Assembly (NCBI RefSeq): GCF_009914755.1
Contig: NC_060928.1
Length of the DNA stretch: 64,000 nucleotides
DNA from: the human T2T-CHM13v2.0 reference genome, Homo sapiens
Reading direction: 5' to 3' (one strand)
Under the pieces are notes generated by a model, which saw nothing but the letters and a program-made list of their open reading frames with translations, had not been told where the DNA came from and searched no databases. Below, one piece after another: positions 52,952-64,000 of this stretch (its first letter is position 1; each line of letters begins with the position of its first letter). Both the position numbers and the translations under genes were made by a program.

Positions 52952-53490
52952 ACCAAATATTTTTTTACAGGTTTTGTTTTGTTTTGTTTTGCTTTTTTCT
53001 CATTCTGTGTCTTTTCCTGGGCTTGTGTTTTCACTTTGTAATTTTTTCTGTATATGCAGTTACTTCTAAATGTTATAGCCTTTAACGTCTGACTTCCAAA
53101 AGGAAAAAAAAAACATAGAAAAAAAATGAAAATTGGTGGACAAGGGCATGAGTCCCCTCTAAATTCCTTGGTAATTCAGCCAAAGTGGGAGGCCCTGGCA
53201 AAAGTGGCGGTAGATGCAACAACACTGATCACTTGCTTCTTTTTCTATGTCTTTGTGATCAGAAGGAACAACCCAAAATCAGAGTACAGATCTCTGATTT
53301 TTGAAAAGTCTCCTTTTTGGCCACCTGGTTCCTGCATGCTGTAAATCCAAGCCTTTCCCTGGAAGTTTCAAGCCTTCAAAAGACTCCAGAGTTCCAAAGT
53401 AGTTATATCAGACTGTGATTCTGTCAATGTCAGCATTGTCTATGTGGGGAGAGAGATTCCTGGTGCTCCCTCCTCTGCTGTATTCCCATA
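52952..53490 (-). mobile_element. Old L1M 5'UTR fragment (probable continuation of the L1MB)
   Basis: 'tgtgatcagaaggaacaac...tcagagtacagatctctgattttt' resembles L1M4/L1MB 5' ends. Confidence 0.5.
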
Positions 53491-53557
53491 GCCTTTCTCC
53501 AAAAGCTAACATCTTTAAGGAGTATCTCTATCATGTGATATTATGTCATTTATGCTA

Positions 53558-53874
<317 letters not shown>

Positions 53875-54219
53875 TAATTTATGCTATGTTTTTACATTTA
53901 CTTTAATCTTTCCAAATAGTTGTACATTTTATTGGAGTTTTTAAAAATAAATGTATAATTTATTTTATGATGTTACTCATTTTATGTCTCTGAAACTATT
54001 TGTTCACATTACACAATATCTTACTTTTCACTCAATTTTATTATTTTGAGAATTGTGATTATAGTGTCTTTACACTAAAATTTCTCATATTCACCCTTTA
54101 TTTCTCACTATTTAATATTTATATAGCATAGCAAAAGCTTAATAAATATTTAAAGTATTTTTGTGGTTAATAATTGGAAAAACAGGAAGAGTCCAGGAAA
54201 ATATATGCTGAAATAGATA

Positions 54220-54795
54220 TCATGTTAGTTAATGTTATATGTCAAATTTACTGGGTTAAGAGAGGCCCAGAAGGCTGGTGTAAAACTATTTCTCAATGTT
54301 TTGGTCTCCTTACAGACGTAAGGAGAATTCCAGAGGAGATGATTAGCATCTTAATCATTAGACTGAGTAAAGAACTAATGTGGGCAGGAATCATCCAATC
54401 CATTGAGGGCGTTCCTGGAGTAGAACAACAAACAACAACAGCAACAACAACAACAACAAAAACAGAGAAAGGGTGAAAGTACTCTCTTTTCTCGAGCTGG
54501 CACATTTATTTTCTGCCCTCCAACAGAGCTCTTGGCTCTTTGTTCTTTGGACTTCAGGATTTACATCAGCGTCCCCTTGGTTCTCAAGCCATCAGCTGGG
54601 GTCTTGGAATTATACCATTAGCTCCTCTAGTTCACAATCCTTTGGGCTCAGAATAATCACTAGCTCTCCTGGTTCTCCAGTTTTTGGAAAGCATACCATG
54701 GGACTTCCCAGTCTCCATAATCATATGAGCAAATCCTCATAATAAATATCCTCTTATATGTTCATATATATCCTATCGATTTTGTTTCTTTCATA
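54220..54795 (+). mobile_element. MLT2 (ERVL) LTR
   Basis: 'gttaatgttatatgtcaaatttactggg', 'atcatccaatccattgagggc' and 'ggacttccc..ctccataatcatatgagcaaatcctcataataaat'. Confidence 0.8.
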
Positions 54796-56344
54796 AAACA
54801 AATTTGCAATTGGGGAAAAAGTGGTCTGTAAAAAGCATTTCAATACTGAAAAGTTTATTCTTATTGAATATTGTATTATGTTTTAAGTGTTTATGGTAGA
54901 GAAGCATAACTATATTGCTAGTGAAACCCTATTATGAAAGGTAAAAATAAATAAATATTTTAATATTTTGAAATTTGAAAAAAATTATCTCCACTTATTC
55001 CTTAATCTATTTCTGTTGATCACTGCTCTAGGCTTTAATTGACAAAATGGGATTTGAGACCCAGATAATTAACTTTATATTCTGTGTATTCTTGTTCAAT
55101 ATTCTTTTTAGTTTTTGTTTGTAACCATATATATATTTAATAAAGTTCATTTAAACATTTTTTACTCTATTGATGTTTATCACCCTAATTCTTTTCTACT
55201 GTTTAATTATTGATTGTAATTACCCCTTGTTTATCAACATTGCTTCTTAAATTTCTTTGGCTTTTCAAAGAGTGTTATTCTGTCTGAATTATTTCATTCT
55301 AGGAAATATTTCCTCTTGTTTTCATTGAAAGAAACCAATTCTATAGTCAGATGAGGAATTCCAGGGTCATAATTTTTGTCTTTAAAATTGTGTGCCAGCA
55401 ATGACTTTCAGATATATTTGGCACAGAGAGAATTGATAATAGTCTGATATTTTCCTTAGAGTTCCCCATATATGCGTATAATAGGTGGATGAGGAGGATC
55501 ATATTTTATAGATGTACCTTAAATGACATGGGATGAGGGAGATTCTGGGTAGGAAGTAGAGTCTGTAAGCTCTAGCCTAGTTCTAGTTTCATAAAAGCTT
55601 ACTATAACGTAAATCAGATATCATCCCACGTAATAAAAACACCATACCAAGTTTCCTCATGTGGTAGGCAGAATTTTAAGATTGTTCCTGTAATTTCCAA
55701 CCCCTGATGTTTAGCTCTTCATTTAATTCAAGCCCTCGACCTTCTTTCTTTATTTTTTGACAGTAGAATTTCTTCTATTATGAGTCAGCTTACTAGTGGT
55801 GGTATATACTTCTGTCTCTCAGCTTAGGTCTGTGGCAGTTTAAACATATGCATATTATACAAGTTACTCTATTTCTGGCTACCAGAGTTTCCCAAGATTC
55901 CCCCAGCATCATCCATTCAGTATTTTGTGGTTCTGTATGTCCTGGGATTAAACACATGAATGCTATTCTTACTCCACTTACAACATTGAAGTTTTCTGGG
56001 AGTTGTTGTCTCTAAATTACTTGGATAGGAAAGAATAAATGCAAAATTCAACAGGATAAATGTTACTTAATTTTCTAGATGGTGCATCTATTTCTGAAAT
56101 ATAGGTGCATATTTGGAGTAAAATCAAGGTTCTTTATTTGCTTTTAGCTAGAGATGTTGATTTGCTTTCTATTTATGTCATCTATTATTATACTTTCTAT
56201 TCCAATTTTTAAATCTTGTGTTCATTTGATAATTTTCTAATGCTCACAAAATATATTTATAAAATTATCTTATTCATTCATTCAAAAATGATGGTCTCTA
56301 CAAATGACAAATATTTGATATTTTGTATAACATCAATATCTTCA

Positions 56345-56620
56345 TTAAAGCCTTTCTGGCCTGCCATATTTGCAAAGATGTTGGCCAACATCAGTATCAA
56401 GAGCCTCATCTGCAATGTAGCAGCTGGTGGAGCTGCCCCAGCAGCAGGTGCTACACTGGTAGGAGATACTACCCCTTCCTCAGCTACTGCTGAAGCTAGG
56501 GAGAAGAAAGGAGAACAAAGAGAGGAATATGAGGAGTCCTACCATAACGTGGGCTTCAGGCTTTTTGACTAAACTTCTGTTGTAACATTTCAATAAAGAG
56601 CTGAACTCTATAATAAAATA
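56345..56620 (+). pseudogene. RPLP1: 5'-truncated processed pseudogene of 60S acidic ribosomal protein P1
   Basis: Translates KPFWPAIFAKMLANISIKSLICNVAAGGAAPAAGA...EEYEESYHNVGFRLFD* versus P1 EPFWPGLFAKALANVNIGSLICNVGAGGPAPAAGA...EESEESDDDMGFGLFD. Intronless, with an RPLP1-like 3'UTR (AATAAA 56592-56597, 'gctgaact') and an A-rich remnant. Confidence 0.95.
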
Positions 56621-57299
56621 GAATGAGGTTTGGAGAAGTGGAGGCTGAGTGGTAATATGTAGTTAGAAGTTACACTATGTACACAAAACTTGAGATGTAA
56701 GAAGACAAGATTTAGTAATGTTACTGCAACTAAAGAACATGTGAGGTAAAGGCAAGAAAGACAGGGTCCAAATGGTAAAACCCAAATAGATTTACATTTG
56801 TCTTATGTCAATTGTATATGTGTACAAATAAGATTTTAGTACCTATAAAGAAGTCATACATATAATTTTTTAATTCCTTAAAGTAAACGGTTTTGCAATT
56901 ATGTAAGTTCCACTAAAATCTCAATTAATGCTCAAAAAGGAAAAAAATTGAATTGCAGGCAATTTACAAAATAGCTACTATTACTTATTAGATGAGTCAG
57001 TATATATATTTGTAGGTATGGTATATGTGCTGTATGTGCATAGCTATGTATGCATATGTTTGTGTGCCTATGTATGTGTCTATATGTGTATGTGTCTATA
57101 TATATGTATAAACATAATTTTTAATGGCTTTTTATACCAATGACCTGATACCTTATGCCAGTAATCATGAATAGTCATTATTGGACAGTAATCCTTAGAC
57201 CAGCAGGATTAGCAGAGTCTAGAAATTTGTTACCAATGCATATTATCAGCCTGTACTATACACTTCAGACTGCTGAATTAGAAACTGTAGGGATTGATT

Positions 57300-57440
57300 G
57301 GCTGGGTGCAGTGGCTCATGTCTGTAATCCCAGCACTTGGGGAGGCTGAGGTGGGTGGATCACAAAGTAAGGAGATAGAGACCATCCTGGCCAACATGGT
57401 GAAAATACAAAAATTAGCTGGGTGTGGTGGCATGTACCTG
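57300..57440 (+). mobile_element. Truncated Alu (Sc-like) left monomer with internal deletion
   Basis: 'ggctgggtgcagtggctcatgtctgtaatccc...gagaccatcctggccaacatggtgaaa|atacaaaaattagctggg'; stops at 'tacctgt'. Confidence 0.88.
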
Positions 57441-59133
57441 TTGATCTAGTAATCATCCTTTAATAAACCTTACATTTGATTATATGCATATAAACTTTTA
57501 AGAACCACCGATTTAAAAAACATCATTTGTAGTATATTTTTCATATAAGAGAAATATTGATAAGAAACTTTTAGGGGTTTTTAAATAAGAGTATTTTCTC
57601 TGACCATTTTGAGGCAAAATCAGGTACTTTAGGGAGATTGTTGCCTTTGCCGTTTCTAGGTGACAGACACTAAGACATGACATTACCATTAATAAATGTA
57701 GTATAATTTAAAAATTATAGGAAACAAGTCAGGTAGACAAAGGAAAATGTATTTTGCAACTGATACACTTTTATTTTCAAAACTAGAGGACTTAATTTCC
57801 AAGCACTTATATGAGAAAAAGATTGGTGAAAAAAAAAAAGTTAGTATGAATAAAATGAAAATCTAGGATCCAGATTCTTACTATATGTGGCATTAATATA
57901 CTATTTTTTTGAAATATACCACATTCCATAATGCTAATATATAAAATAGTACTGTTTAAAGAATACACCACTGGGACTGCCCTGAGTAAGACAGCACACA
58001 GCACTGGGTCTCACTCAAGGTCTGTTGTAACCACTCTCTGGCTAGCACCTATGTTCACTCAAGGCTCTAGCTCTGTACAATCAGCAGCTGGCAAAGTCAG
58101 CCACGTTTGTGTCATTCCCTTCAGGGCAGAAATTTCCCCCAGGTCCTGGGCAGGTCCAGAGATGCTGCCTGTGAGCCAGGGATTGGAGTAAAAAACCTTA
58201 GAAACATACCTTATGTTCTATTCTACTGCAGCCAAACTGGTACTCAAACCACAATATAAACTCTTTCCAGCTCTTTCCTTCCCTTTCCGCAGGCAGAGGG
58301 GCCTATTGCTGCAGCCACCACCACCATTGGCTCATGAGGGGTTCTGCCAGGCTACTCCTGATGTTCACTTAAAGCCCAAGAGCTCTTCCTTCAGTTCGTG
58401 GTGAATGCTGCCAGGCTTGGTACTCACCCTTCAGGGCAGTGGGATCTCCTCTGGCCCAGGGCAGGTCCAGAAATGCTGTCCAAGATCCTTGATCTGGGCT
58501 TGGAGATTGCAAGTTCCTGCTTATGGCTCTACCCTTCTGTGGCCAAGCTGGTACCTAACTTGCAAGACAAAGTCCTTTTTAATTTTTTCTCTGCTTTTTC
58601 CAAACAGAAGGAATCTTTCACCGTAGCCACCACAGCTAGGAGTGTGCTAGGTCACACCTGAAGCCAGCAGGTCTCAGAGCCCAAGGCCCATGGCTTACTG
58701 CCTGCATATCACTATTGGTTATTCAGGGCCCAAGAGCTCTTCAGTCAGCACATAATGAATCCTTTCGGAACTTGGTTCTTCCCTTCAAGGCAGTAGGTAA
58801 CCTTTTGGCCAAAGGTGTGCCTAGACATGTTATCCATGAGCTAGGGCCTGGAATGGGAGTCTCACAACTCTTATTGGTGGCCTATCCTACTGTGGTTGAG
58901 CTGGTATTGAAGATAGAAGACAAAGTCCTCTACTCTTTGCTCTCCCCACTTTTAAGCAGAAGGAAAGAGTTACTTGTATTGCTGCAAGCTGCACTGCCTA
59001 GTGTTGAGGGAAGGGTGGTACAAGCACTTCCTTAGCTGCCCTGGCCAGTGTCTCCCTCGGTCACGTGGCACCCTCGTCCATTGACTCTGAGCCCAGCCCA
59101 GCACTAGTAGTCGCCTAGGAATTACAGTCTTTG

Positions 59134-60760
59134 CGTGTCCGGAATTGGTGGGTTCTTGGTCTCACTGACTTCCAGAATGAAGCCGCGGACCCTCGCAGTG
59201 AGTATTACAGTTCTTAAAGATGATGTGTCCGGAGTTTGTCCTTCTGATGTTCAGACGTGTTCAGAGTTTCTTCCTTCTGGTGGGTTCATGGTCTCACTGG
59301 CTTCAAGAGTGAAGCTGTAGACCTTCGTGGTGAGTGTTACAGCTCTTAAGGTGGCACGTCTGGAGTCGTTCGTTCCTCCCGTCCCGAGTTGTTGATTCCT
59401 CCCTGTGGGTTCGTGGTCTTGCTGGCTTCAGAAGTGAAGCTGTTGACCTTAGCAGTCAGTGTTACAGCTCATAAAGGCAGTGTGGACCCAAAGAGTGAGC
59501 AGCAGCAAGATTTATTGCAAAAACCAAAAGAACAAAGCTTCCACTGTGTGGAAAAGGAGCCAAGCAGGTTTCCGCGGCTGGCTCCTGCAGCATGCTTTTA
59601 TTCCCCTATCTGGCCCCACCCACATCCTGCTGATTGGTCCATTTTACAGAAAGCTGGTTGCTCCATTTTACAGAGAACTGATTGGTCTGTTTTACAGAGA
59701 GCTGATTGGTCCATTTTGACAGGGTGCTGATTGGTGTGTTTACAATCCCTGAGCTAGACACAGAATGCTGATTGGTGCATTTACAATCATCTAGCTAGAC
59801 ATAAAAGTTCTCCAAGTCCCCACTAGATTAGTTAGACACGGAGCACTGATTGGTGCATTTACAAACCTTAAGCTAGACACAGAGTGCTGATTGGTGGGTT
59901 TACAATCCCTGAGCTAGACACAGAGTGCTGATTGGTGCATTTACAATCCTCCAGATAGACACAAAAGTTTTCCAACTCCCCACTACATTAGCTAGACACA
60001 GAGTGCTGCTTGGTGCATTTACAATCCCTGAGCTAGACACAGAGTGCTGATTGGTGCATTTACAATCCTCTAGCTAGACATAAAAGTTCTCCAAGTCCCC
60101 ACCTGACTCAGGAGCCCAGCTGGTTTCGCCTAGTGGAACCCTTGCCTAGTGGATCCCGCACCAGGGCTGTGGGCAGAGCTGCCTGCCGATCCTGCACTGT
60201 GAGCCCACACTCCTCAGCCCTTGGGCAGTGGATGGGACCAGGCACCATGGAGCAGGGGGCAGCGCCCGTCCGGGAGGCTCAGGCCATGCCGGAGCCCACG
60301 GGGTGGGGGGGTCTGGCATGGCGGCCTGCAGGTCTGGAGCCCTGCCCCATGGGGAGGTGGCTGAGGCCCAGTGAGAATTCGAGTGTGGAGCGGGCAGGTC
60401 AGCAGTGCTGGGGGACCCACCGCACCCTCTGCAGCTGCTGGCCCGGTTGCTAAGCCCCTCACTGCCCTGGGCCGGCGGCTCCAGCTGGCTGCTCCAAGTG
60501 CAGGGCCAGCTGAGCCAGTGCCCACCTGGAACTCACGCTGGCCTGCGAGCGCTGTGCACAACCCCGGTTCCCACCCGTGCCTCTCCCTCCACACCTCCCT
60601 GCAAGCAGAGGGAGCCAGCTCCTGCCTCAGCCAGCCCAGGGAGGGGCTCCCACAGTGCAGCGGTGGGCTGAAGGGCTCCCCAAGCATGAATAGAGTGGAT
60701 GCTGTGGCCTGAGGAGGTGCCGAGAGCAAGCGAGGGCTGCTAGCATGTTGTCAGCTCTCA
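59134..60760 (-). mobile_element. LTR12 (ERV9) solo LTR, C/D/E-like
   Basis: 'gtgtccggaattggtgggttcttggtctcactgact' at one end and 'tgtcagctctca' at the other; tandem 'gctgattggtgcatttacaa' repeats; 4-bp TSD tttg/cttg. Confidence 0.95.
59594..60060 (-). promoter_or_regulatory. LTR12 enhancer/promoter: CCAAT-box array and AATAAA-type TATA box
   Basis: Nine intact ctgATTGG sites between ~59630 and ~60055 (one mutated at ~60008); 'gcttttattc' at ~59594-59603 reads GAATAAAAGC on the minus strand. Confidence 0.75.
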
Positions 60761-61255
60761 CTTGTGTCTTACAGCGCCTTTCAAGTGGAGCTAGGACTCT
60801 AGGGCACTATGGCCCGTGGTGGTAAGGCTTTTCAAGAAACTGAATCCAATTGCTAGGATGGATGATTCCCCACTAGCTAAGGCTGGTCCAAATGCTCCTT
60901 CCATGAATGAGCACTGGCTGAGTTTAGCACAACTTTGCTCTCAGTTGTGACAGGGCAACACTGAGTTCAATGTAAAGTCCCCACTGTGCTCTCCCTCCCC
61001 CAAATGCACAGACACTTTATGCTACGGGCTGCTGTTGGGGGTGGAGGAGGAGTGGCGTTAGTTATTTAAGACTGTCTTTCCTACCCACTTCAATGACTCT
61101 TTCCTCTATATCAGCTTAAAACCAGGCACTGTGATGACTCATCTGAATTGGATTCTTGTGGCAGTGCTTTTCTGTATGCAGGTCGTTGTTAAAATTTGGT
61201 GTTCCTGCAGGGGAAAGAAACAGTGTAGGCTCCTATTCTGCCATCTTGCTCTGCC

Positions 61256-61378
61256 TTAATTTTTATTTTAGATTCAGGGTGTACATATGCAGTTTCATTG
61301 CATGGGTATATTGCCTAATGCTGATATTTGAGTTATGAATAATCCCATCACCCAGATAGTGAGCATAGTACCCAATAT
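61256..61378 (-). mobile_element. Short L1PA13-16/L1PB-type 3' end
   Basis: 'ttttattttagattcagggtgtacatatgcag...catgggtatattg...cccatcacccagatagtgagcatagtacccaata'. Confidence 0.8.
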
Positions 61379-62074
61379 CTGCTAGAAGCTTTATTTTTTT
61401 TAGATATGCAGGTCAGTGGCCATTTTTTTGAGAAATTGTATCTTCTGACATTTAGTTCTATCTTTCTATTTGCTGTTGTTGCTTTTAGAAAGAATTTAGT
61501 TGATACATTGTCTCTTTTTATATATTTTGCCTTTTATTCTAGTTTCCTTCAAAATATTCTCCTTGTATTAGAAATTCTATAGGTTTACCAAAATATCTTT
61601 ACATGTTAATTTTTTATTTCACCACATCCTGTGTTTTTGTATCTATTAATTTATATCTTTCATCATATTTTGACAATTCTAATCATTGTATCATCAAATA
61701 TTCCATTTCCTGCATTTTCTTTAGTCAGTCTTTCTTACATTATGATTTGATTTGCTTCAGGTATTTTTCTATACTTATTTTTCTTCCCTTTGTGTTTTTA
61801 ATTTCTAGTACTCTGTGATACATTCTAGATAATTTATGTAATTTGGTCTTCTTGTTTACCAATCATCTCTTCAGCTATATCTAGTCTTCTGTTTAGTTCA
61901 TGCATCTAATTTTAAATTTTACTCTAGAATTTTTATTTGGCTTTTCTTCAAATCTGGCCAGTCATTTTAAAATAATAAACCTCTATTTTTCAGAAATACA
62001 GTTAGTACCACCTCGTATTTATTTAAATATGGGAATATACCTAAAGACTTATTTCATCTTACCATTTTTGGGTT

Positions 62075-62300
62075 GACAGGTATCAGCCATGGGACATGGG
62101 CTGAGGCTGCAGTGACTTGGAGGTTCAATTGAGTTGAAATATTCAAGATAGTTTACTCACATATCTGGCAGTTTATACTCCTTGTTGATTGGAACTAAGC
62201 TTGGACCACTGACCAGAGCAACTCCATGTGGCCTCTATATATGGCTTGGTTCTGTGCTTTCTAAGCTCATGGTGAGTGTGTTTTACAAGGTCACATTCTT
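62075..62300 (-). mobile_element. MLT1H/I-like LTR fragment
   Basis: 'caagatagtttactcacatatctggcag...catgtggcctct...tggcttgg'. Confidence 0.5.
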
Positions 62301-62889
62301 AAAACAAGTATTCTAATATCTTGAAAATAATTTTAATTAAAATGTAAATAAAATTTGCCTCTTGTCCTCAACAAAATTACAATTCTTGATTCCTTTTATA
62401 AATAAAGTGGATGCTTAATAAATTAAGATGAATGAATAAAAATAATTTCAAAACACAAAAAGACAACTATTGAAACTGCGATGTAATTAAACATCTGGAT
62501 TAAAGGGGAAATTATTGTGAATTTTATTTATATTTTTATAAAGATTATTGGTAGTTCTGATAATGCCTAGCAGATAATTCCTTTTTGATTCATATAATCA
62601 CTGATTGATTAATGCTTTCATGAAAGGTTTTGTTTATTGCCAGATCAAATGTAGCCAGCAATAAGCCTTTCTTTATGATCAGTGTAAATTTGTTTCCTTA
62701 AGTCCTTCTTTCTCTTTTATATATTTGTGAAGGAATTCTGGAGTGCTTATTAACAAAAAACATTAATTTTCTCAATTGAGGTTCTATTACTATAAGATCA
62801 TCAATATCTACATTGTAAATTTTGGGGGGATAAAAGAGAAAGTTTGCTTTATATTTGATCTAATTTTAAGCAAAACTATGGGCATTTTG

Positions 62890-63290
62890 ATCATTTAAAT
62901 AACAAATTTTTATGAAAATCAAATATATGACAGGCACTGTGATAGTCATTGGGGATACCCAAATAAACAAGACCAGTAAAATCATTCCTCTTAATGGAGT
63001 TTTATTTTAGAGAGTGAAACAAACACAAACTTAAATATGAGAATAGATAAAATTTAAGACTGTGATGTGTTAGGAAGAAGCAGGATGATGAATGGATAGG
63101 TATCTCTCTGTCCCTTATCTATCTATCTAATCCACCTGTAACATACTAGGAATAGTCTATTTAAATGGGTGAAATTTAAGGATAAAGGCTAAAAATAATA
63201 TTGAATGAGCTGAGTCAGGTGAAGAACTAGGAAAAACTATATCAGGCAGAAGAAAATCTGCTAATGATAGAAACTGTTAGGTGGGGATTA
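62890..63290 (-). mobile_element. L2 3' fragment
   Basis: 'aacaaatttttatg...atgacaggcactgtgatag..attggggatac..aaataaacaagac'. Confidence 0.6.
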
Positions 63291-63419
63291 AAATAAATGA
63301 ATTACAGCTCAAATATTATGCATCTTTAAATCTACCATGTCCACAATATTTATTTGAAGGCAGAGAATTATCTTACTAAAAAATTGAAAAATTGTAGTAG
63401 AAAATAATTGAAAATCTAA

Positions 63420-63758
<339 letters not shown>

Positions 63759-64000
63759 TAACTTTCAAACGACATTAGTTTCATGGCTACAATTCTTTGT
63801 CCTGACAGTTTTTATAATAGTAATTAGCAAATTTATTGCAAAATAAGAAAATGATTATTAACACAAAAAAGTTCAGTAAAGGACAATTATGTAAAGCAGT
63901 ATGATTTTCTTTCTTAATAGAAACACGTGCTCGGAATTGTAATGTCACATTTTATTTAAATGATTTAGCACTCATTTAGTAGAGTAATATTGACCTTAAA

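Larger units (their letters stand above)
57965..61250 (-). mobile_element. L1PB/L1MA-type 5'UTR with tandem monomers, interrupted by LTR12
   Basis: Ends 'ctattctgccatcttg' (YY1 site on the minus strand). Repeated 'cccttcarggcag' unit at 58117, 58427 and 58781. Confidence 0.75.

Noticed and set aside
59620-60100. Regularly spaced ~40-bp repeats resembling a CRISPR array
   Set aside because: These are the known LTR12 enhancer repeats. The intervening sequences are themselves repeated, and there are no cas genes in primate DNA.
60133-60729. Longest ORFs in the window (171, 113 and 106 aa)
   Set aside because: They lie in the GC-rich U3 of LTR12, where stop-poor ORFs are expected, and show no protein-family signature.

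Overview
AT-rich, repeat-dense primate (catarrhine/human-like) genomic DNA. I find no supportable intact host protein-coding gene, rRNA, tRNA or CRISPR array. The window is a layered record of transposable elements: about 11 Alus (J, S and Y), several L1 fragments (one twin-primed inversion, one L1PA/L1MB composite), MaLR and ERVL LTRs, a MER47/Tigger DNA transposon, MIR and L2 relics, a solo LTR12 (ERV9), and a ~6.6-kb non-autonomous ERV1-class provirus with a Pro-tRNA PBS, gag and env stubs, and no 5' LTR. The only recognisable cellular gene sequence is a 5'-truncated RPLP1 processed pseudogene whose frame is still open and fused to upstream ATGs. Nearly all ORF-track entries are repeat-derived or chance ORFs. 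I do not see convincing evidence of a new biological system. The best leads are the LTR-less provirus junction, the open chimeric RPLP1 retro-ORF lying antisense-downstream of an LTR12 promoter, a 62-bp AT-rich palindrome and a tight inverted AluY pair. Subfamily names come from my recall of consensus motifs and boundaries of old elements are approximate; both need RepeatMasker/Dfam confirmation.
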